From Candidatus Omnitrophota bacterium (GTDB lineage Bacteria > Omnitrophota > Omnitrophia > JAHJGZ01 > JAFGJY01), in contig JAFGJY010000019.1 of NCBI GenBank assembly GCA_016928875.1, positions 1,996-65,995 on the forward strand: a stretch of 64,000 bases of DNA. The letters are read 5' to 3'. A model generated the notes under the pieces. That model saw only the letters and a list, made by a program, of their open reading frames with translations, ran no database searches and had not been told where the DNA came from. This document shows, piece by piece, positions 10,036 through 20,039 of the stretch. Each line of letters opens with the position of its first letter. Positions within the stretch are counted from its first letter, which is position 1. The translations under genes and the position numbers were made by a program.

Positions 10036-10275
10036 TTAAATGCCTGTATACGTCAGTGGCGTGCCGCCGGCCGTGCAATTGTGCGGATCTAACCCTGGGT
10101 TGCAATTGCCCCAATAAAAAGTACTTCCCGATTTGCAACCGAACGGAGAGGCGATCACCGTGCCATTAAAACACTCAGCGCTTGCGTTGTTGCCATTACC
10201 GCAAGCAGCTGCATCGACATAACTGGGAGCAGCTTCAAGCATAATTTTTGGCGTTGCATATTGTTTTTTATTCAT
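10036..10275 (-). CDS. RiPP precursor peptide P2 (ScmA-like, 5 CxxG units)
   Basis: Leader KKQYATPKI…DAAA, then CGNG, CFNG, CKSG, CNPG, CTAG; homologous to 41228 and 45230. Confidence 0.82.
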   Translation of the reverse strand: MNKKQYATPKIMLEAAPSYVDAAACGNGNNASAECFNGTVIASPFGCKSGSTFYWGNCNPGLDPHNCTAGGTPLTYTGI

Positions 10276-10298
10276 ATTTTCTTCTTCACGGTGACTTG

Positions 10299-10327
10299 AT
10301 TATACGGCATTATGTCATGTGTCTCAA
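10299..10327 (-). promoter_or_regulatory. Candidate sigma70 promoter for P2
   Basis: TTGAGA-17 bp-TATAAT on the minus strand. Confidence 0.55.
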
Positions 10328-10335
10328 GAAATATA

Positions 10336-10442
10336 TTACCGGAACTCTATTTGCGAGCTAAAGACACGTTTAATGTTTTCGGATGCAGCTGTTAACTCTT
10401 GCGTTCCGATCGTCTCAACGGTCCGCAGGTCTACGATCAGCA
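10336..10442 (-). repeat. Orphan copy of the last 35 codons of ABC exporter 33025-34791 (direct repeat, left boundary of cassette B)
   Basis: 107 bp with about 10 mismatches (manual count) versus 33025-33131; encodes LIVDLRTVETIGTQELTAASENIKRVFSSQIEFR*. Confidence 0.9.
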
Positions 10443-10529
10443 AAGATGGATTTACAATTTAAAGGATTTGCTTTGCACATCGCGAGATCCGTTGTGAAAT
10501 GTTAATTAGCTTATGAATAATTAAAAAGG

Positions 10530-11432
10530 TCAATACCCGGCAAACAATCCTCGTAGGTTCTCATGCTGGATCATTTTAGCAGGTCCTCTTTGGATACTTT
10601 TTACGAAGCAATTACAATCAAGAACTGAATAAGAATATTTCCTCCTTAATGCCTCTTCCATGATATCGTACACTAATCCATTATCGTACAAGTGCATTTC
10701 GTGGCATTGATAGATCTCAGCATCAGGTAATATTTTTGCGATTTTGCGGCGATTATATTGAGTTACTTCTATTTCACCTATATTTACATGATCTACGCCG
10801 ATATCCTCAATAATGGGCAACATCTCGAAGAGCTTTGTTTTATGCGGAGGCCATGCCGGTGTTTCAACGGTTAGCGCTTTAAAATACTTCCTGGCTAGGG
10901 ATACGTTTTTGTAAACGTCCTTTGAGAAATTTGATGCACCGAGATGAAACCGTATTTCATCAATGCCAAGGTCTCGGAGCTCCTCAAGTATATCTTTGGT
11001 CGCCAAAACTCCGTTTGTGTAAAGGTAAAACCACGGGCTTCCCTTAGTCTCCTTTTTGATATCATTGTACACCTTCATATATTCTCTAATGGTCTTCATG
11101 TACAAAAGTGGCTCACCGCCTCCGCTAAAACTGATCGAAGTTGGGCGATAATGAGGCTCACGCGATTCCCGTATTATTGACGTAATCGTATTGAGCAAGT
11201 CGATCTTTCCAGGTTCTTTCATTTTGTAAAAACAATAACAGCAATTGAGATTACACTTTGCTCCCGTAAGTAGATTGCGATGATATCTATCATAGACGAA
11301 ACAACTGCCGCACCCGGGAGAGATTTTTCCAATATGCACGCAATGTCCACTGGCGTGATATTGAAGCTCTTTGATGGCTTCCTGTCGCTTGAACTTTCTT
11401 GTGTATGCTTCTTGTATAGATAATAGTTTCAT
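10530..11432 (-). CDS. Radical SAM protein (uncharacterised COG2108/PFL-activase-like family)
   Basis: ISPGCGSC, CNLNCCYC, SGGGEP, LYTNG, DEIRFH; ATG at 11432 preferred (ORF extends to 11477). Confidence 0.82.
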   Translation of the reverse strand: MKLLSIQEAYTRKFKRQEAIKELQYHASGHCVHIGKISPGCGSCFVYDRYHRNLLTGAKCNLNCCYCFYKMKEPGKIDLLNTITSIIRESREPHYRPTSISFSGGGEPLLYMKTIREYMKVYNDIKKETKGSPWFYLYTNGVLATKDILEELRDLGIDEIRFHLGASNFSKDVYKNVSLARKYFKALTVETPAWPPHKTKLFEMLPIIEDIGVDHVNIGEIEVTQYNRRKIAKILPDAEIYQCHEMHLYDNGLVYDIMEEALRRKYSYSVLDCNCFVKSIQRGPAKMIQHENLRGLFAGY

Positions 11433-11436
11433 CTCT

Positions 11437-12393
11437 TTAAATACGGCTTTCTGAGGATCGTGATAACTTCCTGACAAACGTAATTATGCTCTTGTCATTG
11501 ACAAATCCCAATCGGTAACACGGTACATTTTTTATTACATGCTGACATAATGAGGCAATGCTTTCTAACCCTTCCTTATCCCAGAACGTGGGAAACAATG
11601 CCGGATACAATAATTTAAATGCCTCTGCCCCGGAGACCTTCTCGGCAACATTTTTTGAAGAGTGATGAATGAAAAACAAGACATTAAGTCGGGCAGATTC
11701 TATCTTAGAGTCAAGATAATCGCTAAATTCGCCATGCCACGGAGAACCATAAATAACGAATGTTCCCGCTTCTTTACGCACAATGATCCGATCGTCATTT
11801 AAGACCATGGCTTTCGTGTGCTTATGCCACAGTCTCGCGGTCGTGGTTTTACCATCGCCTGATTTACCAGCGAAAACAAATCCTCTGCCATCAATATCTT
11901 TTACGCCGATAGCATGGGTGAATATACCTTGATTTCTTTGAGCAAGATAATTTATCAAAAGGATCTGCAAAAAGTCGTAAATGATGTCTGATGTTGTCCA
12001 CACATACCCTGCACTCTTTTTAGGCAATAGATATGCGGTTACTTTATCAAAGGTTTTATTCACTACCATAAGCTGCTTTTTATTCGCGAGTGGACAGGTA
12101 AAAATATAGCCCTTTTCGTTCTTAAATAATCTCCAGTTTTCACTGCCGTCCTCAAAATGGTATGTAACAAACAACCGTTTTTTCTTCGTTATTGCAGGCA
12201 GTTTATTAACGATCTTGATCTTAACATTGATGTGTGGTGTCCGGTTCCCCTTGCAAAAGAACTTCTCGTAGCGTTCAAGCCTTTGCTCTTGCTTGACTTG
12301 CTCTGTGAGCGTTTCGAGCGGGAAGCGGCTTGCAAGTCGAATAACCACATCAGAGATCTTTAACGTAATTGTTCCCTTTCCAGAGAGCTTCAT
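11437..12393 (-). CDS. ScmC/HprK-like P-loop kinase-related protein
   Basis: HAIGV…FAGKSGDGKTT…LNDDRII…GSPWHGEF…VPCYRLGF. Confidence 0.78.
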   Translation of the reverse strand: MKLSGKGTITLKISDVVIRLASRFPLETLTEQVKQEQRLERYEKFFCKGNRTPHINVKIKIVNKLPAITKKKRLFVTYHFEDGSENWRLFKNEKGYIFTCPLANKKQLMVVNKTFDKVTAYLLPKKSAGYVWTTSDIIYDFLQILLINYLAQRNQGIFTHAIGVKDIDGRGFVFAGKSGDGKTTTARLWHKHTKAMVLNDDRIIVRKEAGTFVIYGSPWHGEFSDYLDSKIESARLNVLFFIHHSSKNVAEKVSGAEAFKLLYPALFPTFWDKEGLESIASLCQHVIKNVPCYRLGFVNDKSIITFVRKLSRSSESRI

Positions 12394-12414
12394 AGTTCAC
12401 CTTTATTTGACCGT

Positions 12415-13284
12415 TTACATTGGAATATGCGGTTGATACACAATTCTATTCACTCCACTGTGCTTATACTCCCGTAGGCGTAATCGCGCGTTTTTATAGA
12501 ACTGTGTGTTGCCTCTAAGATAAATGATCTTAGGCATGGTTCTATGCCTCAGCTTAAATATATACCTCTGACATTCTTTTGCGCATGCCCTGATCCTGAG
12601 CAATGACTTCTCTTTCTCTTCACACCCGGCCGTAAGGCAATAAAAGGTCGTACTAATATAAACATACGGCACGTAAACTGACGCGCCTATTTTGTCTTTT
12701 GGTAATGCTAACGACAGGCCTTGCTCAGTATTATCTAACTCTATTCTGCTTATGCGCTGAGAAATTAAAAAATCGTGAATGATCGGGACGCTTGCCGTAT
12801 TTGAACCTTTGTAATACGGGTCTACTCCCGAAGGAAGCGGTTTTTGAATAAGAATAGTCCGCTTCCCAGGATTTATATAATCTACCATAAGGCGTGGTGT
12901 TACCTCTCTCTTAAGTAACGATATTATACGAGGCCCTCGTTTCTGCTTAGTAAGTAATCTGCCCAATACCGGAATAAGATTGCGATACTTACTGTTAACT
13001 AGACTTAACACTCCCCAATCATTAACTATTACCTCACACGTAATATCTTCTGACTTTAAATATTCAAACAATACCTGCAACTCCTCTAAACCACTATTTG
13101 TCACACACGGGCTCACAAGAGAAAAAGCTAATCTGCTCTGTTTGGTGTAATGTATGACGGTCTGAAGATCCCGTAATGAAGGAATGAGTCGTTCGCAGAA
13201 CTCATTACCATAATACAGTCTGGTATACATGTCATCCGCGTCGGTCAATTGAGCGATATTAGTAATAAAGAGAGCTTTTTCCAA
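12415..13284 (-). CDS. U32-family-related (UbiV-like) Fe-S protein
   Basis: RLYYGNEFC, IVNDWGVL, GRLL.KQKR, TTFYC…CAKEC; paralog of 16303. Confidence 0.62.
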   Translation of the reverse strand: MEKALFITNIAQLTDADDMYTRLYYGNEFCERLIPSLRDLQTVIHYTKQSRLAFSLVSPCVTNSGLEELQVLFEYLKSEDITCEVIVNDWGVLSLVNSKYRNLIPVLGRLLTKQKRGPRIISLLKREVTPRLMVDYINPGKRTILIQKPLPSGVDPYYKGSNTASVPIIHDFLISQRISRIELDNTEQGLSLALPKDKIGASVYVPYVYISTTFYCLTAGCEEKEKSLLRIRACAKECQRYIFKLRHRTMPKIIYLRGNTQFYKNARLRLREYKHSGVNRIVYQPHIPM

Positions 13285-14163
13285 TTAGCTATCCTCTCCT
13301 TTTACGAGAACATTTTTACTCCCAGAGAAGTAGAAGGATATTTTGCCGTGCGTATCTTTCTTCGCGAAGATCAACTTATCGCGTATGTAATGGTCTGCAT
13401 TTACAGGACAAAAACTTTGGCATATTCTGCAGACCGATTTTTGATCGTACACCGCTTCATCCCAAATAGCATCTTGTTTACATGCTCGCCCTATCAGAGT
13501 CAACGTATCATTAACGACACGTTTACAGTGATCTTTGTGTGAAGCGAATAACGAGAAATTGTCGATCTGTTCACTAGGACATGCGTTCACGCAAATAGTG
13601 CAATCTTTACACCCGGGATATTCTTTGGGGTGCATGGGGGTGTTATAGTACATTTTAGTTTCGGAAAATAGCACCTGCAGTTTAATGTCAGAGCCAAATC
13701 GTGGATTGATGATCAACGAATTTTTACCGAATTGCCCCAGGCCCGCATAGTACGCAATGTCTTTCAGTAAAAGTATTTTATTTCTGGTGTCATAGCCGGT
13801 ACGTTTCAAATATGAATATTCATTACCGACAATATTCTGTTTATCCGGTTTGTTATCTCTGTCCAACACATGTGTTTTGATGCGTAATTTCTTCCATAGG
13901 ATAACGGCTACTTCCAATATAATATCTTCTACCGAATAATCCAATGCTATTGGCGTGTAATGTGCCAGAATTATTATGGATTTGACCGTGGGCATCACAT
14001 CGCGGGGCCGGGCACTGTATTTCGGCCCGCCGTATTCGAGAGGAATATGACACAGGTGTGAGTCACATCGTTCTAAATGCTCCGGATCGCAAATCCCAAT
14101 GTGGCATATTTCTCGCAACGCATTCGGCAATAATGCTTCTATATCTTGAGCGTGTATTTTCAT
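13285..14163 (-). CDS. Epoxyqueuosine reductase/reductive dehalogenase-like 4Fe-4S protein
   Basis: LKDIAYYAGLGQFGKNSLIINPRFGS, CKDCTICVNACP and CRICQSFCP ferredoxin motifs. Confidence 0.75.
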   Translation of the reverse strand: MKIHAQDIEALLPNALREICHIGICDPEHLERCDSHLCHIPLEYGGPKYSARPRDVMPTVKSIIILAHYTPIALDYSVEDIILEVAVILWKKLRIKTHVLDRDNKPDKQNIVGNEYSYLKRTGYDTRNKILLLKDIAYYAGLGQFGKNSLIINPRFGSDIKLQVLFSETKMYYNTPMHPKEYPGCKDCTICVNACPSEQIDNFSLFASHKDHCKRVVNDTLTLIGRACKQDAIWDEAVYDQKSVCRICQSFCPVNADHYIRDKLIFAKKDTHGKISFYFSGSKNVLVKGEDS

Positions 14164-15215
14164 TTACGATACCCCCCCTCGAGTATTACTGAAGGATGGT
14201 AACAATTATTACCTCTACATTGATCCGCATAGTTAAACGTTGTTTGATACAAATGTTGTACTTGATGGATAAATTCTATTTTTGATATACCGTTATTATT
14301 CTCTATAATATCTAAAACCGCTCGGATAAATCGTGTACTTGTAAACCTCTTTTGCGCATCCAGCTGTCGTCCAACGATCTTAAGTAATGAAATCTTAGTC
14401 TTATTGATATCGTATAGCGCGCAGGCCCCACATTGCACGCCGTCAATGAGGTGTTTGTGAAAAGTAGGCCGTATATCAGGCTTTGTGACCTTCTTCCCTT
14501 CGTGATCGAATGTCTCAACAGAATAATCTAACCAGCATGCATCAGATTCTGCTTGCGGGTCGTACGCTGTAGCAACATGTAGCCGCTGCTGAGCGCCCCA
14601 TTCTTCATGTGAAATGTCCTCCGTTGAATCTCTCCCCGCTGTATGCAGGAACGTACAAAAGCCATCAGTGTAAACACAGAGTGTATTTAAGACAAAAACC
14701 TCGAACGCTATATCCGGATTATCATCCGACAACGTTCTCATTGATTCCAGTGTTGTTTGTCGATCCAAGACAATACGTGACGCACCTAACCTTTTATAGA
14801 ATCGTACCGCTTCGGAGTTAAAAACTGTACCACCCGTAGAAATATGGATCTGCCGCGTACATCCCATTTCTCGTAATGTCAACAAGAGACCAATATCAGC
14901 TACGATATAACTATCGATATCGATGCCCTCAAGCTGAGAAATAATTTTGAGCAGCAATGGGTATTGCTCTTTCACGTACAATCCATTCAATGTCAAATGA
15001 ACAGGTGTATTTCGTGAGTGTGCCAACGTAACTGCTTCCGTCAACTCTTTAAGATCCGTAAAATTACTGCCGCCCCCCTTGCGTTCGAACTCAAACGCCG
15101 TGTATTGTCTCGCCCATTCGGGCGACATATATCCACAATATAATTCATCTGCTCCCGCATCGATCAGACGCATTACTTCTTCTTTTTCTTTAAATGGCGC
15201 AATGATCTTTAACAT
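14160..15215 (-). CDS. U32 family protein (UbiU/TrhP-like Fe-S hydroxylase fold)
   Basis: GADELYCG, IVADIG, IHISTG…FNSEAVRFY..LGASRIVL.R, EVFVLNTLC-x6-C, CGAC, LKIVGR; ATG at 15215 preferred. Confidence 0.82.
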   Translation of the reverse strand: MLKIIAPFKEKEEVMRLIDAGADELYCGYMSPEWARQYTAFEFERKGGGSNFTDLKELTEAVTLAHSRNTPVHLTLNGLYVKEQYPLLLKIISQLEGIDIDSYIVADIGLLLTLREMGCTRQIHISTGGTVFNSEAVRFYKRLGASRIVLDRQTTLESMRTLSDDNPDIAFEVFVLNTLCVYTDGFCTFLHTAGRDSTEDISHEEWGAQQRLHVATAYDPQAESDACWLDYSVETFDHEGKKVTKPDIRPTFHKHLIDGVQCGACALYDINKTKISLLKIVGRQLDAQKRFTSTRFIRAVLDIIENNNGISKIEFIHQVQHLYQTTFNYADQCRGNNCYHPSVILEGGYRK

Positions 15216-15261
15216 ACATTTAAAACACCGTATTCGACATGAAATGTAATTACATGATCTG

Positions 15262-16299
15262 TTACACGAGAGTTTGTTTCTTGGCACGCTTCGCCAGTTC
15301 ACAATAATACGTCACGGGATTATCCATAGCACCTGTTTCTACCAGTGCTCTGCCAGGACATGAGAGGCAGTATTCTCTGGCCTCGCAGTCGTAACATTGT
15401 GAGCCTGCAGTAAGTTCCTTGCCATGTACTAATGGCAGTAATCTATTTGAGATACGTTCAATATCATCTTTAAGTACATTATATGATGGTTCCCGTATCA
15501 AAGTGCAAAGAAACATCTTCCCATGTGGATCGATGTATACGCAGTTCCTGCCGGCGATCGCACAGCGAAATAGATCGTTCGTATGCTCACGTGACGAGGT
15601 AGGCCCACAAATACCACCTTCTTCAACTTTATTATGTAGGTGCATAAACTGATCTGGAGATATTCTTAAACTGCACGGTGAAACATCCCCATTTAAACGT
15701 GCGTATAAAATATCATCCGGACGGAATTGTAACCCGAATCCCTCAACAAACTCCTTTATTTGGGGTAGATGAACGAGATTATCAGTCGTTACTTGTGTTT
15801 TGATCTTAAGTGGGATACGTGCACTCAATATCGATCGTACCCCATTCATCACTCTATCAAAAGAGCCTTGCACTTGGGATATTGCCTCGTAAACATCTTT
15901 TGTGACACCATTAAGGGTAACCTCGACCACAAAAGGAGGCCTTTTCTCAAGATACTGTGCGATCTCTTCTGTCAATGAATAGGCACTTGTAAATATGGTA
16001 ATAATGAAGCCTTTGCCCTTGGCATAAGAATAGATCTCCAGAAAATCCTCTCTCATTAACGGGTCTCCCCCCGTAAAACAAAGCCATAGTATACCTTCAT
16101 CAAATATCCTATCCAATATTCGCTTGACCTCATCGGTCTTTAATTCGTCCTTGCGGTACTCTGGCGTATTGTAGCACTCAGTATAACAGTGTTTGCAGTG
16201 CAGTCCACATCCAAAGGTAAGCTCAAACTGACAGACATTGTGCCGTTTGTTTTTCAAGTGAGTATCTAAGCTGAACGTTCTATATTGTATTTCTTTCAT
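15262..16299 (-). CDS. Radical SAM/SPASM peptide maturase
   Basis: CGLHCKHC, TGGDP, SPASM motif C…G..FLC…CYDCEAREYCLSCP…YC. Confidence 0.88.
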   Translation of the reverse strand: MKEIQYRTFSLDTHLKNKRHNVCQFELTFGCGLHCKHCYTECYNTPEYRKDELKTDEVKRILDRIFDEGILWLCFTGGDPLMREDFLEIYSYAKGKGFIITIFTSAYSLTEEIAQYLEKRPPFVVEVTLNGVTKDVYEAISQVQGSFDRVMNGVRSILSARIPLKIKTQVTTDNLVHLPQIKEFVEGFGLQFRPDDILYARLNGDVSPCSLRISPDQFMHLHNKVEEGGICGPTSSREHTNDLFRCAIAGRNCVYIDPHGKMFLCTLIREPSYNVLKDDIERISNRLLPLVHGKELTAGSQCYDCEAREYCLSCPGRALVETGAMDNPVTYYCELAKRAKKQTLV

Positions 16300-16302
16300 G
16301 AT

Positions 16303-17205
16303 CTAAAACGGTAATTCGGGTTGATAAACAACTCTATCTACATCATATTGTTGTATAAGAGCAGCGTTTAAAGGATTACGGTAAAAAACGGTATTGCCTC
16401 TTTTGTAGATAACTTTTGGAATTGCGCGATTTCGTAATATGTCGTAATACCGCTGACATTCTTTTTTACACACATTGATACGATATATCTTTTGGAATGT
16501 AGTTTCCATAGGACAAAATCGGGTCGTAGAGATATTTACAAATGGTGTATAAATGGACTTCTTACACGTGATCCCCTTCACATTCAGGCCCTGAATAAGA
16601 TTATTCAATTCTACTCTGTTTATGCCGAACGTGCTTAAAAAAGCTGCGAATGACGGTGAGTTCACATAGGATGCCTTAACACCCTCTTGGTATCGTTTAT
16701 CGGGGACCTTATGGACAAATATCCGTATTTCCCCATCCTTGCCTTTGGCAGCGACGGGTAATTGCTTTCGAATAATGTGCCCCATAGACGGGTCTCTTTG
16801 TTGACGCACCAACAGCCTGCCAAATGCAAGTTCAAAGCGCCCATCACATTCACTCTTTAGATACTGCAACACCCCCCAATCATTTATCACTATTTCACAC
16901 GATATGTTAGCTTCTTTAAACCAGATGAATGTATCGCGTAATCTCTGTAAGCCGTGCTCTGTAACAAAAGGGGTAACATACGTAAATCCGAGCCCTTGTT
17001 TTTCAACTCGTTCAAATACTTTTTGTGTCGCTTCGAGCGGAGGGATCAAATTCTGACAAAACTCGTTCCCCCAATACACTCTATGATATTCATCATCCTT
17101 GAGATATTTCATTCCATTAATACTCACTACATGTACGGCCTTTTCTGTTGACGTAATAGATCCCTTGATCGACCGTTCTGAAGACATTGTAATTGCCATT
17201 GTCAA
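16303..17205 (-). CDS. U32-family-related (UbiV-like) Fe-S protein
   Basis: RVYWGNEFC, VINDWGVL, GRLLVRQQR, TTRFC…CKKEC; paralog of 12415. Confidence 0.62.
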   Translation of the reverse strand: MTMAITMSSERSIKGSITSTEKAVHVVSINGMKYLKDDEYHRVYWGNEFCQNLIPPLEATQKVFERVEKQGLGFTYVTPFVTEHGLQRLRDTFIWFKEANISCEIVINDWGVLQYLKSECDGRFELAFGRLLVRQQRDPSMGHIIRKQLPVAAKGKDGEIRIFVHKVPDKRYQEGVKASYVNSPSFAAFLSTFGINRVELNNLIQGLNVKGITCKKSIYTPFVNISTTRFCPMETTFQKIYRINVCKKECQRYYDILRNRAIPKVIYKRGNTVFYRNPLNAALIQQYDVDRVVYQPELPF

Positions 17206-18464
17206 AGCACCTCACTTGACAGACGACCACCTACTTCTATCATATATAGTGTTTTGTACGATAATACCGTGAGTACTTCATCAGGGGGATCAAGTTGTTT
17301 ACTGACGTGCAGAAGACCTTGTGCTATCTCATCATATGAACTGCTCTCTGATATTATCTTAGATAATCGTTTTTTTATTAATGTAGCCTTTCCCGATTGC
17401 ATGCGATATTTTTTCGTGATCTTGAGAATGATATCTACAAGCATGCTCCTGATCTTTATGTGTGCTTTATCGAGTTTGTCTTTAAGGTGATAACTTTCAG
17501 CAAAATAAATGTCTTTATATTCATATGTTGTAAACGTTACATGTGCACGAGAATGACGCAGAATAAATTCGAGCATTATCTTGAAATCGTTGAAACTCTC
17601 CCCTGGATAACCAATAATTAGAATAAGCGTGATCTTTGTCGTACTGCAATATCTTTCCATCCACGATAGAAATGACATAAAATCTTGCATCTTGAAATCT
17701 TTACCAACTAACTTTATAAGTCGATCAGTTACCGTAATTAATGATATACGCATTGAATCTATCTTGCCTGATTTCAATATTGGTCTTAACTCATCTGCAT
17801 ATGATAGAAATTCAGGGTTCATACAATCAAGTCCGATCCTGTAGTTGCCAGATATTTTCAATATTCTATTCAATAAGGCAGCTAAGTTCGTACCGATGTC
17901 CCATCCGTATATCGCAGTATTCTGAGCAACGAACGAAAATCTTTCATGCTTATCTTCGAGCCCCCTCTTAAACAATGCAATAATGTCGTCTGGATCAAGG
18001 CTGCGAAGCTGGCCAAAACCGTATTTATCAACGCAAAACGTACAATCTTGATAGCACCCTTTAGCAATATATATTGAGTATAAACCGAATTGATTCACGA
18101 ACGGTTGATTGATCGTGTTAAATGGATGTGTAACACCCAAAATAGAATCTAAGTGATCTAATTCTTCATTTAATAAAAATATGATGCCTTCTCTGTCCTT
18201 GATCAGACCCTTTCTCGACGAGAGCACGCCGGTAACAATAAATAGTGCGTTGCTATTCCTATTATTATTTAAATAATCGATAGTTTTTATGGAATCTTCA
18301 TAATAAAACAAACATGTATCACATATCACGACATCTGCTTTCTTAAGATCGTTCGTAAACAGATACTCATTTATCGTCAGGTAGTTTACGAGCAGGGTTC
18401 TTTCCAAAAAGTGTTCTTGATTACCTTCTGAGACACCTTGGAAATACACGGTTTTTGAACTCAT
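17202..18464 (-). CDS. MiaB/RimO-like radical SAM protein (UPF0004 N-domain, degenerate)
   Basis: ADVVICDTC, IAKGCYQDCTFC, LRSL, NTAIYGWD, IIGYPGES. Confidence 0.75.
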   Translation of the reverse strand: MSSKTVYFQGVSEGNQEHFLERTLLVNYLTINEYLFTNDLKKADVVICDTCLFYYEDSIKTIDYLNNNRNSNALFIVTGVLSSRKGLIKDREGIIFLLNEELDHLDSILGVTHPFNTINQPFVNQFGLYSIYIAKGCYQDCTFCVDKYGFGQLRSLDPDDIIALFKRGLEDKHERFSFVAQNTAIYGWDIGTNLAALLNRILKISGNYRIGLDCMNPEFLSYADELRPILKSGKIDSMRISLITVTDRLIKLVGKDFKMQDFMSFLSWMERYCSTTKITLILIIGYPGESFNDFKIMLEFILRHSRAHVTFTTYEYKDIYFAESYHLKDKLDKAHIKIRSMLVDIILKITKKYRMQSGKATLIKKRLSKIISESSSYDEIAQGLLHVSKQLDPPDEVLTVLSYKTLYMIEVGGRLSSEVL

Positions 18465-18503
18465 AGGGATTTCCTCTTTAATAAAGACAAAAAATACATA
18501 TCA

Positions 18504-20039
18504 TTAAATACTACTACGCCGTGGGAGCATTCCGTTGATTTTGATCAATTTATCGACGTCATCCCTGGATATGGTACCAAGCGAATGTGTAAAGGGATAA
18601 ATAAATCTAAAAGGGAGTTCACCATCATAGGCATAGCGTATCCCATACTGTTCGGGGTCATTAAATACGGCATTATTCGGTGTCAGATAGTAAACGTTAA
18701 TGATAGGTTGTACATTTGGATACTCAACGAGCGAACAAACGGTATCCAGGGCTTCATCAATAGTTTCACTGGGAAGCCCGATCATTACCTGGCAACATAT
18801 TTTTAGCCCCACATCAGAGGCGTCCTTAAGGATACGTTTTGCAACATTTGTTCGTATGCCTTTCTTACAAAAGTTAAGGACTCGCTGGTTCATTGATTCA
18901 AGGCCGCAGACCAATTCGAAGCACCCTGCTTTCTTAATAAGCCTCAATATATCTTTGGTAATAGAATCTTCTAATCTCGAAAAAGACGACCATGCGATCT
19001 TGATATTTTCCCGAATGAGGGCATTACTGAACTCCTCCATTTGGCGTGGAGATAACACCGCATTTGAGATCAGTACGCCGTAACAATTATGCCTTTCCTT
19101 AAGTTCTTTAATGTCCCGTATCACTAATTCTATATTTTTTTCCCGATAGGGCACTTTAGGAAGCGGAAGGTCAACGCAAAATATACATTTATCCCAATAA
19201 CATCCTCTTGATGTTTCATAGGTAAGTGACAATTTGCCCTCTACATTTTTATGGTGCTCTAAGGGGATGCCTTCAAAATCAGGACACGGTAATGCGTCAA
19301 TGTCTTCCTTCGATCGCACGTTAGATGGCACAAAAGTATCGTTACGTTTGAATATCAGGTTCGGAACGTTCGACAGTGGCGTATTTCTCTTAATGGCATT
19401 TATAAGCGAGACCAAAGGGGTTTCACCCTCGGAATAGATCATGTAATCGTAAAACTCGCCGAAGTCACTTCGCTTGATAAGTTCTTCTTTGAATAAGGTT
19501 ATCCATTGGCCTCCCACAACTACTTTGATTTGCGGTATCTCAGATTTTATGACACGGCCGAAGGTGAAGGCGGAAATTACTTGTGAAGGTGCTGTAATGG
19601 ATATACCGACCATATCGTACTTATCATCTTTGATACGTTCGAGGATCTCTCTTTTAAAGAACGCTTTGAATGTATTTTCTTCTTCATCGTCGATATATCG
19701 AAACAAGTTATGTGAAGAAAGCAACTTCTCAGTAAAGTCAAAACGAGCGCCGAGTACCGGATCTACCGGTTCACTGAAACTATTTTGATTTCTATACTGA
19801 ATATCTTTGTAGTAATATACCTTATCCCGTATTTTCTCGTTCCTATACTGCTCTGTTACTATGTGATCGAGTTTATTATTGATAATATAGTTATAATATT
19901 TGTGATCTAAGTCGTCTTGATGCGCATCGATGCCCTGAGCTCTCAAAAATGCAAGAAGCGACGGTGTGCTGAGCGGCGGATGGCCTGTGTTAAATGCCGG
20001 AGGAATTAAGAGTAATATTTTAAATTCAGTGTTTTTCAT
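18504..20039 (-). CDS. B12-binding radical SAM protein (class B methyltransferase-like)
   Basis: LLIPP…PPLS, VGISIT, VVGG, SEGE, YETSRGCYWDKCIFC, GLES..QRVL, MIGLPSET. Confidence 0.85.
   Translation of the reverse strand: MKNTEFKILLLIPPAFNTGHPPLSTPSLLAFLRAQGIDAHQDDLDHKYYNYIINNKLDHIVTEQYRNEKIRDKVYYYKDIQYRNQNSFSEPVDPVLGARFDFTEKLLSSHNLFRYIDDEEENTFKAFFKREILERIKDDKYDMVGISITAPSQVISAFTFGRVIKSEIPQIKVVVGGQWITLFKEELIKRSDFGEFYDYMIYSEGETPLVSLINAIKRNTPLSNVPNLIFKRNDTFVPSNVRSKEDIDALPCPDFEGIPLEHHKNVEGKLSLTYETSRGCYWDKCIFCVDLPLPKVPYREKNIELVIRDIKELKERHNCYGVLISNAVLSPRQMEEFSNALIRENIKIAWSSFSRLEDSITKDILRLIKKAGCFELVCGLESMNQRVLNFCKKGIRTNVAKRILKDASDVGLKICCQVMIGLPSETIDEALDTVCSLVEYPNVQPIINVYYLTPNNAVFNDPEQYGIRYAYDGELPFRFIYPFTHSLGTISRDDVDKLIKINGMLPRRSSI

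Noticed and set aside
13285-14163. Calling queG
   Set aside because: Only the fold and Fe-S motifs are recognisable; there are two divergent paralogs and no queuosine gene context
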